Positions 50,942-60,107 of a stretch of DNA of 64,000 nucleotides are shown here, in pieces. Position 1 is the first letter of the stretch. Each line of letters starts with the position of its first letter. Under the pieces are notes generated by a model. The model made no database searches. It was not told the DNA's origin and saw nothing but the letters and a program-made list of their open reading frames with translations. The stretch spans positions 2,224 to 66,223 of the forward strand of contig JAFVRQ010000009.1 in assembly GCA_017504245.1 (NCBI GenBank), in the 5' to 3' direction. The stretch comes from Clostridia bacterium. GTDB lineage: Bacteria; Bacillota; Clostridia; Oscillospirales; CAG-272. The translations under genes were made by a program, and so were the position numbers.

Positions 50942-51730
50942 ATGAAAAAGATTACATCAATTTTAATTTTAGTCATTATTATCAGTTTAACAGGTTGTAG
51001 TTCATTATCTGATGTTCTATCTGATGTCATTAATGATAGTCAAAGGGCTGTAGCAGTGGCTGAAGAATTTTGTATTGCTTTGTCTGAAGATATGGAAAAA
51101 GCTAAAGAATATTTACATCCAGATTCTACTCCAAGTAAAGATGAACTACAGGCATTCATTGAAGAGATTGAACATGTAAATAACATTAGTTTCTCTGACG
51201 GCGTTGCAATTATGGGTTGCGATCATATCAACTCAAATTCTTCTGACGTTACATTATCTAAAGTGAAGTATGCCTTTCCCTTTGAAATTGTTGTTGGTAA
51301 TACAATTATAGAATTGTATTTTACAGTAACAAAAAATGACAACGTTTTTGCTATTTCTGATTTTTATCAAACCAATGTTTTGGAAAATAATGATAAATCA
51401 GAAAAACACGTAAAAGATTTTTGTAATGCATTAGCCACAAGCAATGAAGAAGCCCAAAAATATATCCATCCGAATTCACGACTTATAGGTGAAAAATTTG
51501 ATAGTTTCGTTGCTAAATTGGAAGAATTTAACGGAATTGATTTTTCTTCTGGTATTGAAATAAAAGAATGTAAAATTGTTTCATACACCCAACTTGCGTT
51601 ATTGAATGGCGGAGATGAATATGAGTATAGGTGTCAACTTGATGTTGCCGGCAAAACTGTAAAAATGTTCTTTATTGTTTCTGATAATGATGAGGGATAT
51701 GGGATTTATAGTTTTGGAGTAATTGAGTAG
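50942..51730 (+). CDS. Lipoprotein with an internally duplicated ~100-aa domain
   Basis: LTGC lipobox; FC.AL...EKAKEYLHPDS...ISFSDG versus FC.AL...EEAQKYIHPNS...IDFSSG. Confidence 0.85.
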   Translation: MKKITSILILVIIISLTGCSSLSDVLSDVINDSQRAVAVAEEFCIALSEDMEKAKEYLHPDSTPSKDELQAFIEEIEHVNNISFSDGVAIMGCDHINSNSSDVTLSKVKYAFPFEIVVGNTIIELYFTVTKNDNVFAISDFYQTNVLENNDKSEKHVKDFCNALATSNEEAQKYIHPNSRLIGEKFDSFVAKLEEFNGIDFSSGIEIKECKIVSYTQLALLNGGDEYEYRCQLDVAGKTVKMFFIVSDNDEGYGIYSFGVIE

Positions 51731-51754
51731 CAATGCGTGGTATCTTTGTATAAC

Positions 51755-51792
51755 TAAAAAACGGCTCTCGAAATTTTTCGAGAGCCGTTTTT
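51755..51792. terminator. Bidirectional terminator
   Basis: aaaaacggctctcga/tcgagagccgttttt. Confidence 0.85.
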
Positions 51793-51799
51793 ATTAGTT

Positions 51800-53458
51800 T
51801 TATTTTATTTCAATAATGGACTCATTCCACATATCGGGTGCTTCGTAGCCGAGGAGGTTAACCATTGTGGCGGCTACGTTTGCAAGGCCGAACTGTCCGT
51901 TATCTTCCTTTACCGTGTAATTTTCAGAGTAGAAATTATCGTAGATGATGCAGGGAACGGGATTAAGTGTATGGCTTGTTTTGGATTTGAAGCTGCCGTC
52001 CTTTTCTGCTTTTGGCTGCTTTGTCTTCTTATCCATTTCATACATTTCGTCTGCGTTTCCGTGGTCTGCTGTAATAAGCGCAACGCCGTGGAGCTTATCA
52101 ACAACGTCGATAATTCTCTTGAGCTGAAGGTCGAGCGCTTCCATTGAGCAACGGGTTGCCTGAAGGTTGCCTGTGTGACCAACCATATCACCGTTGGGGA
52201 AGTTTACGCGAAGGTATGCGTATTTTCCGCTTTCAAGACATTCGATGAGCTTATCAGTGATTTCTGCGCACTTCATCCAAGGTCTTTGCTCGAAGGGAAC
52301 AACGTCGGAGGGAATTTCGATATAGGTTTCAAGCTCTTCGGAGAATTTGCCACTCTTGTTTCCGTTCCAAAAGTAAGTTACGTGGCCGTATTTCTGCGTT
52401 TCGGAGATTGCGAGCTGGCTTACGCCTGCGTCTGTGAGGTATTCGCCGAGAGTGTTTGTGATTTCGGGGGGATTTACGAGATATTTTGAGGGGATATGGA
52501 GGTCGCCGTCGTATTCGAGCATACCTGCGTAAACTACGCTTGGCACACGAACTCTATCGAATTTATCGAATTCTGCGCCGCCCTCGAACGCCTTTGAAAT
52601 CTCGATTGAACGGTCACCGCGGAAGTTATAGAAGATAACGCTATCGCCATCGTTGATCGTACCAACGGGCTCGCCGTTTTCTGCGATAACGAAGGGGGGG
52701 AGATCCTGGTCGATAACCTTATATTCCTCGCGATAGGTCTCTACTGCCTTTGCTGCGCAGCAGAACTGTCTGCCCTCACCGAGAACGTGCGTCTTCCAGC
52801 CGAGGTCAACCATTGCCCAGTTTGCTTCGTATCTATCCATTGTGATTTTCATTCTGCCTCCGCCGCTTGCGATGCGCGCGTCAAAGCCCTCACCGTTAAG
52901 AGAAGCGAGGAAATCCTCGAAGGGAAGAATGTATTCAAGAGCAGACGTTTCGCCAACGTCACGTCCGTCGATAAGGATGTGAATTCTAACCTTGCTTACG
53001 CCCTCAACCTTTGCCTGCTCAAGCATTGCTTTAAGGTGGTCGATGTGGGAGTGAACGTTACCGTCGGAGAAAAGTCCGATGAAGTGGAGGGTAGAACCAT
53101 TTGACTTTACATTTGAAATAAGCTCGCACCAGGTGTTTGAAGTGAACATTTTTTTGCTTTCAATAGAATTTGAAACGAGCTTTGCGCCCTGAGCGAAAAC
53201 CTGACCTGAGCCAAGCGCATTGTGTCCAACCTCGGAGTTACCCATATCGTCATCGGAGGGAAGTCCTACTGCCGTTCCGTGCGCCTTGAGGGAAACCATA
53301 GGGTATTTTGCCATAAGCATATCGAGTGTGGGAGTATAAGCGCCCGCAACTGCGTTTGAAATTGTGTCGGGAGCAAGACCTACACCGTCCATAACTACTG
53401 TGAGCACGGGACCCTTTACTCCTTCAAAATTGTTAAGTTTATTGAGAGTTTTGTTCAT
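51800..53458 (-). CDS. gpmI: 2,3-bisphosphoglycerate-independent phosphoglycerate mutase
   Basis: MDG.G, MGNSEVGH, SDGNVHSH, DGRD, NFRGDR, ETQKYGHVT, DMVGHTG, TADHGNA. Confidence 0.97.
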   Translation of the reverse strand: MNKTLNKLNNFEGVKGPVLTVVMDGVGLAPDTISNAVAGAYTPTLDMLMAKYPMVSLKAHGTAVGLPSDDDMGNSEVGHNALGSGQVFAQGAKLVSNSIESKKMFTSNTWCELISNVKSNGSTLHFIGLFSDGNVHSHIDHLKAMLEQAKVEGVSKVRIHILIDGRDVGETSALEYILPFEDFLASLNGEGFDARIASGGGRMKITMDRYEANWAMVDLGWKTHVLGEGRQFCCAAKAVETYREEYKVIDQDLPPFVIAENGEPVGTINDGDSVIFYNFRGDRSIEISKAFEGGAEFDKFDRVRVPSVVYAGMLEYDGDLHIPSKYLVNPPEITNTLGEYLTDAGVSQLAISETQKYGHVTYFWNGNKSGKFSEELETYIEIPSDVVPFEQRPWMKCAEITDKLIECLESGKYAYLRVNFPNGDMVGHTGNLQATRCSMEALDLQLKRIIDVVDKLHGVALITADHGNADEMYEMDKKTKQPKAEKDGSFKSKTSHTLNPVPCIIYDNFYSENYTVKEDNGQFGLANVAATMVNLLGYEAPDMWNESIIEIK

Positions 53459-53634
53459 TTAGAACCTCCAAAATAAATTATATTTTTTCACTACCCTTTA
53501 GTATAACTTTTTTTGATGATTTTTGCAATAGTTTTTGAGAAAAAATAAAATAATATTTTCACAAACTTGACTTTTTGCGTTTTGTGGTGTATAATAATCC
53601 AGTTGAAATTATCTTTTCGAAAGGAAGTATATAT

Positions 53635-54468
53635 ATGTCAGAGTGTACGCACAACTGTTCGAGTTGTTCACATAGCTGCTCGACGAAGTCGAAGCAGGAT
53701 TTTTTAGAGCCGATTAATGCAAAATCGAAAATCAAGCACGTTATCGGTGTCGTTAGCGGAAAGGGTGGCGTTGGCAAGTCGATGGTGACTTCAACTCTTG
53801 CCGTTTTGATGCAGAGAGCGGGCTACAGGGTTGGTATTCTTGATGCCGATATTACGGGTCCTTCAATTCCGAAGGCGTTTGGAGTTTACGGTGACGTTGA
53901 GGGTGACGATAGCGGTATGATTCCGCCCGAAAGCTCTACGGGAATTAAGATTATGAGCGTTAATCTCCTTTTGCCCGATGCGACGGCTCCCGTGGTTTGG
54001 AGAGGTCCCGTTATTGCGGGCACCGTTAAGCAATTCTGGTCGGGCACGGTTTGGGGTGATCTTGACTACCTTTTCGTTGACTGTCCTCCCGGAACGGGTG
54101 ACGTTCCGCTCACGGTTTTCCAAAGTATTCCGCTTGATGGGATAGTTATCGTTTCATCTCCGCAGGAGCTTGTTTCGATGATAGTTGAAAAGGCGGCTAA
54201 TATGGCGAAGATGATGGGCGTTGACGTTATTGGACTTGTTGAAAATATGAGCTACGTTAAATGTCCCGATTGCGACAAGATCATCAAAATTTTCGGTGAG
54301 AGTCATATTGAGGAAATCGCGCAGAAGTTCGGTTATCCGCTTCTTGCAAAGATGCCCATTGATCCCGCACTTGCTTCGCTTGTTGACGCGGGTAGGATTG
54401 AGGATATGAACGCAAACTATCTTGATGGTGCGGTTGAGATTCTTAAAACGGTTAAAAATATAAAGTGA
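53635..54468 (+). CDS. Mrp/NBP35 Fe-S cluster carrier ATPase
   Basis: N-terminal Cys cluster, SGKGGVGKS, DADITGPS, PPGTGD, ENMS..CPDC. Confidence 0.95.
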   Translation: MSECTHNCSSCSHSCSTKSKQDFLEPINAKSKIKHVIGVVSGKGGVGKSMVTSTLAVLMQRAGYRVGILDADITGPSIPKAFGVYGDVEGDDSGMIPPESSTGIKIMSVNLLLPDATAPVVWRGPVIAGTVKQFWSGTVWGDLDYLFVDCPPGTGDVPLTVFQSIPLDGIVIVSSPQELVSMIVEKAANMAKMMGVDVIGLVENMSYVKCPDCDKIIKIFGESHIEEIAQKFGYPLLAKMPIDPALASLVDAGRIEDMNANYLDGAVEILKTVKNIK

Positions 54469-54482
54469 TTCAGGGAAACAAA

Positions 54483-55127
54483 ATGGTTAAGTTAATTATA
54501 GTCAGACACGGAAACAGTATTGGTAATTTTAAGAGAATTTTCATCGGTCAGACGGACTGGGGGCTCTCGGAGGTAGGAGAGGAGCAGGTTAGACGATTGA
54601 CCGAATATTTGAAGGATTTTCATATTGATGAGATCTATTCGAGTGACCTTTGCAGAGCGTATAACACGGTGCTTCCGACGGCTCAGCGACTCGGACTTGA
54701 AATTCACAAAAGGGAAGGCCTGCGCGAAATTTACGCGGGTGAATGGGAGCAGAAGACATTTGTTGAGCTTGCCGAAGATTTTCCCGAAACATATTGGACG
54801 TTCCAAAACGATATTGGAAACGCGCAGCCCGACGGGGGAGAGAAGATTTCCGACGTTTTTGCGAGAATTAAGAAGGCGATTGAGGATATTCTTGCGGAGA
54901 ACGAGGGTAAAACCGTGCTTATCGGCACGCACGCGACGGTTATTCGCGTTATGAATTGCCTTTGGCACGACGATACGCTTGAAAATTTGCAAAAGTACGA
55001 TTGGGTGTCTAATGCGGCGGTTTGCCATATTGAATATGAAAATGGCAAGTATAACGTTGTTGAATACGGTCACGATGCGCATCTTGAGGGAATTATTACT
55101 CACGTTGGGGTTAAAAAACAAGATTAA
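54483..55127 (+). CDS. Histidine phosphatase family protein
   Basis: VRHG, SSDL.RA, LREI..G.WE, GGE, TH. Confidence 0.93.
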   Translation: MVKLIIVRHGNSIGNFKRIFIGQTDWGLSEVGEEQVRRLTEYLKDFHIDEIYSSDLCRAYNTVLPTAQRLGLEIHKREGLREIYAGEWEQKTFVELAEDFPETYWTFQNDIGNAQPDGGEKISDVFARIKKAIEDILAENEGKTVLIGTHATVIRVMNCLWHDDTLENLQKYDWVSNAAVCHIEYENGKYNVVEYGHDAHLEGIITHVGVKKQD

Positions 55128-55286
55128 TATTGAAAAATGTCGGTTTTTCGTTGTGCAGGTTGCACAAAATTTATGAAAAGCCGATATTTTTTATATAAAC
55201 TATTTACAAATAACGATAAATGTGATATAATCAAATCAGAAAGAGGTGGCTCTTTCATTGAAATAAAACTCGAAAGGAATGATTTG

Positions 55287-55814
55287 ATGAAGATTACTAT
55301 TGTTGGCAGACAGATGAACGTTTGGGATTCAACCAAGGAAATGGCTGAAAAGAAACTCGCAAAGCTGGACAAATATTTTGGTTCAGAGGCCTCCGCAACA
55401 GTAACGTTCAGTTGCAAGCGCGAGCGTGACAGCGTTGAAATCACGATTCGCGGTGCTAACACAATCTTTCGCGCTGAGGTTGAGGATACCAGCTTCCAGA
55501 ACGCTATGGATCGCTGCGTAGAGGTTATTGACCGCCAGATCAGAAAGAACAAAACTCGTCTTGAAAAAAGACTTAAAGAGGGCGAATTCACCTTTCCTGA
55601 TTTTGACGAGGGTCTTGATGAGGATCCCGAATTTATCGTTAGAACAAAGGAGTTTGAGCTCTTCCCGATGAGCGTTGAAGAAGCAATTATGCAGATGAAT
55701 TTGCTTGGACATCAGTTCTTCGTTTTCTTCAATGACGAGATCGACAACGTTTCCGTTGTTTACACAAGAAAAGACGGAAGCTACGGACTTATTAACCCTG
55801 TGATTTATAAATAG
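55287..55814 (+). CDS. hpf: Ribosome hibernation promoting factor (long HPF/RaiA)
   Basis: KKL.KLDKYF, RQIRKNKTRL, PMSVEEAI.QM.LLGH.F. Confidence 0.95.
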   Translation: MKITIVGRQMNVWDSTKEMAEKKLAKLDKYFGSEASATVTFSCKRERDSVEITIRGANTIFRAEVEDTSFQNAMDRCVEVIDRQIRKNKTRLEKRLKEGEFTFPDFDEGLDEDPEFIVRTKEFELFPMSVEEAIMQMNLLGHQFFVFFNDEIDNVSVVYTRKDGSYGLINPVIYK

Positions 55815-55820
55815 TGTTAA

Positions 55821-55853
55821 CCACCCCCACCGCGCAGGCGGTGGGGGATTTTT
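55821..55853 (+). terminator. Terminator after hpf
   Basis: cccccaccgc/gcggtggggg followed by a T tract. Confidence 0.85.
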
Positions 55854-55931
55854 GTAGTTGACAAAAATAGGAAATGGTGATAGAATGTAGACAGAAGTGC
55901 CGACGGGCTGAAACGGGAAAGAGAAATACCT

Positions 55932-57287
55932 ATGAAAAATTTATTGATTAGTATTATTGCTTGTGCTATTGCTCTTGTGGCAATAGTTGTGGCATTTGTG
56001 GTTGCCGGAGATGATGGAACAAATGGAATTGATGGTATAAACGGTAAAGATGGATTAACACCTACCATAGAAATTAGTGATGACGGGTATTGGATTATTA
56101 ATGGTATAAAAACCGAATATATTGCTATTGGTAAAGATGGTAGTGATGGTCAAGATGGAACTAACGGCGTTGATGGTGAAACTCCTACTATCGAAATTAG
56201 TGACGATGGATATTGGATTATCAATGGTGAAAAAACTAACGTTTTGGCAAACAATGACGAAAATCCCCAGGGACTTGATTTTTGGTTGAGAGATGACGGT
56301 TGTTATGCCGTATCTGTAGGAAAAGCTAAGTATTTGAGTCATATTGAAATTCCGTCAACATATTTAGGTAGACCTGTAGTGGAAATTGAAGACGAAGGAT
56401 TTGCGAATTGTACTGCCCTTATAAGTGTTAAGATACCCGATTCTGTTACAAACATTGGTTTTGGTGCATTCTATGGTTGCTATTCACTTCTAAGTATAAC
56501 TATTCCCAAATCGATTATCAGTATTGAATATGAAGCATTTGAAGAATGTATTTCACTTTTCGAAGTTTGCAATAAGTCCTCATTGGATATAGTTGCGGGA
56601 ACTGTGCCCGGAGGCGGTATGGAGTTGGTTTTTCACGGAAAAGTGGGCCTTTATGCAAAACATATTATTAGCGATGAATCGCAAACTGCACTTAAGACTG
56701 TGAATGACTGTATATTCTTTGATAACGGAGTTGATGCTTATCTTATGAAATACATTGGTAAGGGTGGTGCGATTGAACTTCCTACGCTAGAAGGAAAAGA
56801 ATATGAGATTTTTGAAAATGCATTTCGTGAAAATGCTAATGTAACTAACGTGATAATTCCGGATTGTGTAACAAAAATAGGTAGATCTGCTTTTGAGGAT
56901 TGCACCTCACTTGAAAGTGTAATAATTGGAAACTCCGTCAAAGAGATTGGTACGTCTGCTTTCTATAACTGTGAAGCTCTTGAAAGTGTGATTATTGGTA
57001 ACAGTGTAAATGCTATTTATGGTGGTGTATTTCAAAATTGCGAATCGCTCACAAAAATAAATATTCCCGATAGCGTGACTACTATGGGGGGATATGTATT
57101 TTCAAATTGTCATTCGTTACGCAAAATTGTAATACCGGATTCTGTTAAAACATTGCTTGGGTCTGCATTCGAAAATTGCGGCAGTGATCTTACCGTTTAT
57201 TGTGAAGCATCATCAATGCCACAGGGCTGGTATTTCCCGTTCGATAAATCTAGCTGTTCGGTTGTTTGGGGCTATAAGGGTGAATGA
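55932..57287 (+). CDS. Membrane-anchored BspA-type LRR protein with collagen-like G-x-D linkers
   Basis: N-terminal TM; two TPTIEISDDGYWIING repeats with GxD/GxN triplets; LRR_5 repeats; C-cap TVYCEA...VVWGY. Confidence 0.9.
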   Translation: MKNLLISIIACAIALVAIVVAFVVAGDDGTNGIDGINGKDGLTPTIEISDDGYWIINGIKTEYIAIGKDGSDGQDGTNGVDGETPTIEISDDGYWIINGEKTNVLANNDENPQGLDFWLRDDGCYAVSVGKAKYLSHIEIPSTYLGRPVVEIEDEGFANCTALISVKIPDSVTNIGFGAFYGCYSLLSITIPKSIISIEYEAFEECISLFEVCNKSSLDIVAGTVPGGGMELVFHGKVGLYAKHIISDESQTALKTVNDCIFFDNGVDAYLMKYIGKGGAIELPTLEGKEYEIFENAFRENANVTNVIIPDCVTKIGRSAFEDCTSLESVIIGNSVKEIGTSAFYNCEALESVIIGNSVNAIYGGVFQNCESLTKINIPDSVTTMGGYVFSNCHSLRKIVIPDSVKTLLGSAFENCGSDLTVYCEASSMPQGWYFPFDKSSCSVVWGYKGE

Positions 57288-57335
57288 ATAATGATACATT
57301 TAGGAACGCTCGGGTGGGCGCTCCTTTTGTTATGG

Positions 57336-57620
57336 AATTTCTGTGCTGTGCGGGTGGGGAAAAGACCTTGGGTTGATAAGAAAAGTCAAAGAGTTCGACG
57401 CGAAAAAAACTGTCCCGCGAGCCCCCGCCCACTCCCCGACACTTTGTGTCTTCACTCGAAAATATAGTCGTCTCGGGTGTATGCTGAAGCATACGCCCGA
57501 TACTCCTTATTTTCTCCCTTCTCATCCTTCCTTTTTCCGCCACAGGCGGCGGTCGGATTCGAAGCCTCTCGCCCCCAGAGGGTTATAAGAGTGGTGCGTA
57601 AAGGGGAAGCATAGAGAATT
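57336..57620. repeat. GC-rich multi-hairpin intergenic element
   Basis: Closing stem aatttctgtgct/agcatagagaatt; hairpins tcgggtgtatgct/agcatacgcccga, ccgcc/ggcgg, cctct/agagg. Confidence 0.5.
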
Positions 57621-57914
57621 TTAGTATTTATTGGGTAATTTAAAAGGTTAGTTTAGATTTGGAACAGGTCGTCGGGGATGCCGATTCCTACGGTGTTTGC
57701 GGTTATTTTATTGAAAGATAATAGACATATAGCGAATAAAAAATAAGATGTCATCCTGAGCGGTAGCGAAGTTTTGCGAGGGAGCACCGTCGAGCTGAGC
57801 AAAACCAATTGTGCCTTTAGGTACAATTGGGATCTATTAAGGAATTTTATGTACCATTTTTAACATAAAGTCACTTTTTATTCGTTTGCTCGATTTAAAA
57901 CAAATCAAAATTTG
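57617..57914. mobile_element. Degenerate third copy of the TIR-bounded element, carrying two REP-like palindromes
   Basis: aaaggttagtttagatttggaac resembles aaaagttagtttaaattaggatc (38923); right end caaatcaaaatttg; GTAG-type REP at 57667-57691; TGTCATCCTGAGC...GATCT at 57749-57835. Confidence 0.45.
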
Positions 57915-58032
57915 ACAGGGTGGATGTGATGGGGAGAATGAAAATTTAAATCAAAAAATCTTTTAAAGTCATTGACTACGTTTTAGGGTTATGATATAAT
58001 AATAAAGTTAGCTTACGAAAGGGGGAAGGAAA

Positions 58033-59436
58033 ATGGACAGGTACAAGAAGTTATTATCGAACACGTTGATACTGACTATTGGGACGTTTGCGTCGAAGCT
58101 ATTGGTTTATTTTTTGATGCCTCTTTACACGGCGATTTTATCGACGGAGCAATACGGAACAGCGGATTTGATTACGAATGCGGCGAATTTGCTTATTCCG
58201 TTTTGTTGCATTGGTATTACGCACGGTGTTTTCCGTTTTGCTGCAGACGAGGACGAGAGCAACAAGGTCATTCTTTCGTCGGGTGTTAGTGTACTCCTTA
58301 TTTCGAGCGCGGTTTTCCTTTTGGTGTCGCCGTTGATTTCGTTTATTCCGTATTTTGAAAGCTACGCGTGGCTTATTGCGTTTTACGTCATAAGCTCCAA
58401 TTTTCACACGGTTGCAAAGGAATACATCAGGGCAAAGGGAAGAATGAAGCTTTATGCCGTTCAGAGTATTTTAGGTACTGCTTTGGTTATCGCTTTTAAT
58501 CTTTTGTTTCTTATTCCGATGAAGCTCGGAGTTGTCGGTTACGTGCTTTCAGTTGCGGTTGCGGATGCGGTTGGAACGGTATTTTTGATTATTTACGCGA
58601 AGCTTTATAAGGATTTCTCATTTAAAATTGTTTCTAAAATCAAGATAAGGGAGATGCTCAAATACAGTCTTCCGATGATGCCCACGACGGTTATCTGGTG
58701 GATTACCAACGTTTCGGACAGGTTTATCGTTACTGCGATTTGCGGAAGCGGTGAGAACGGGCTTTACTCGGCGGCTTACAAAATTCCGACGATTATTGCT
58801 CTCGTTGCGGGCGTTTTCAACGAGGCGTGGCAGCTTTCTGCAATTTCCGAGTCGAAGGACGGGGAAGAGGTTGGCAATTTCTTCTCTGAGGTTTTTGAGA
58901 GGTATCAGGCGATTTTGTTTTTGGGCTGCTCGGTGCTTATTCCGTTCACTCCTCTTGCGACGAGGATATTGCTTGACGAGTCTTATTTCAGTGCGTGGAG
59001 CTTTATGCCCGTGCTTTTGGTGGCGACGGTTTTCTCCTCGCTCGTTACGTTCATCGGTACTATTTACACGGTTAAAAAGAGAACTACGATGTCGCTCATC
59101 ACAGCGGCATTCGGGGCGGGGCTCAACATTGTGTTAAACCTTTTGATGATACCCTCGATGGGTGCGCAGGGAGCGGGAATTGCAACGGCTATCAGCTATT
59201 TTGCGGTTTTCGTGCTTCGCGCGATTCATTCAAAGAGGTTTATGCCGTTTAATCTGAAGGCGTGGAAGGTGTCACTCAACACCTTGATCGTTATCGTGCA
59301 GATTATATTTATGATTTGCGGCTTGCCCTTTAATATTTTGGTGCAGGTTTTGATGGTTGGATTGATAGGATTAATCAACGGAAGGTCGCTTGTTTCGGCT
59401 TTTATGAAAATATTGAAAAAAATATTGAAAAAATAG
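58033..59436 (+). CDS. Polysaccharide flippase (Wzx/MOP family)
   Basis: About 12 TM segments; PLYT..LS.E.YG, YSLP..P....WWI...SDRF, GLYSAAYKIP. Confidence 0.9.
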   Translation: MDRYKKLLSNTLILTIGTFASKLLVYFLMPLYTAILSTEQYGTADLITNAANLLIPFCCIGITHGVFRFAADEDESNKVILSSGVSVLLISSAVFLLVSPLISFIPYFESYAWLIAFYVISSNFHTVAKEYIRAKGRMKLYAVQSILGTALVIAFNLLFLIPMKLGVVGYVLSVAVADAVGTVFLIIYAKLYKDFSFKIVSKIKIREMLKYSLPMMPTTVIWWITNVSDRFIVTAICGSGENGLYSAAYKIPTIIALVAGVFNEAWQLSAISESKDGEEVGNFFSEVFERYQAILFLGCSVLIPFTPLATRILLDESYFSAWSFMPVLLVATVFSSLVTFIGTIYTVKKRTTMSLITAAFGAGLNIVLNLLMIPSMGAQGAGIATAISYFAVFVLRAIHSKRFMPFNLKAWKVSLNTLIVIVQIIFMICGLPFNILVQVLMVGLIGLINGRSLVSAFMKILKKILKK

Positions 59437-59510
59437 AAAAAAACTCTTGCAATTTGGAAAAAGATGTGCTATAATACACAATGTATGTGTATGTCACATA
59501 GAATTATCAA

Positions 59511-59546
59511 GGAATAGTCCGCTGCGACGCTCTGCATGAATATTCC
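59511..59546 (+). ncRNA. L19 leader
   Basis: ggaata-gtCCGCTgc...gcATGAA-tattcc hairpin directly upstream of rplS. Confidence 0.7.
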
Positions 59547-59569
59547 GATTTTTAAGGAGGGCCACTAAA

Positions 59570-59911
59570 ATGGATTTGATCAAGGCTTTTACAAACGAGC
59601 AGCTTAAGAAGGAACTCCCCGTGGTTAACGTTGGTGACACAGTTCGCGTTCACAACAAGATCAAAGAGGGAACACGTGAAAGAATTCAGCTTTTCGAGGG
59701 TACTGTTATCGCTAAGCACGGCGGCGGTATCTCTGAAACATTCACAGTCAGAAGAGTAGCATACGGTGTTGGTGTTGAAAAGACATTCCCCATCCACTCT
59801 CCCAACGTTGAAAAGGTTGAAACAATCAGACACGGTAAGGTTAGACGTGCTAAGCTCTACTATCTTCGTGATAGAGTTGGTAAGGCGTCTAAGGTTAAGG
59901 AAAGAATCTAA
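59570..59911 (+). CDS. rplS: 50S ribosomal protein L19
   Basis: [31 protein letters not shown]. Confidence 0.98.
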   Translation: MDLIKAFTNEQLKKELPVVNVGDTVRVHNKIKEGTRERIQLFEGTVIAKHGGGISETFTVRRVAYGVGVEKTFPIHSPNVEKVETIRHGKVRRAKLYYLRDRVGKASKVKERI

Positions 59912-59925
59912 TTTAAACTTAACAA

Positions 59926-59960
59926 AAAAGACAGAGCATCGAAGGGTGCTCTGTTTTTTT
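59926..59960 (+). terminator. Terminator after rplS
   Basis: acagagcatc/ggtgctctgt followed by a T tract. Confidence 0.8.
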
Positions 59961-59971
59961 ATTCAAAACAC

Positions 59972-60022
59972 TTGAAAAAGTCAAAAAAATGCGGTATAAT
60001 GGGAAATGCAACCTAAGGTTGC
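59972..60022 (+). promoter_or_regulatory. sigmaA promoter with downstream palindromic operator
   Basis: TTGAAA-17 bp-TATAAT (59972-60000); GCAACC-taa-GGTTGC (60008-60022). Confidence 0.6.
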
Positions 60023-60107
60023 GCATTTGAAAACTAAAATGTATGGTCAAATTTTGACTTTTTTGATATACTTGAGCCGTAAAATAAAAACAAAGGAGAC
60101 CCCATAT

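Noticed and set aside
55128-55286. raiA-motif RNA upstream of hpf
   Set aside because: The leader after the promoter is too short and has only a small hairpin.
57545-57580. tRNA gene or att-site fragment (ggattcgaa)
   Set aside because: Only a T-loop-like 9-mer; no cloverleaf can be built on either strand.
57343-57588. 81-aa ORF and antisense 97-aa ORF in the intergenic element
   Set aside because: No RBS, atypical composition, and it coincides with palindromic DNA.
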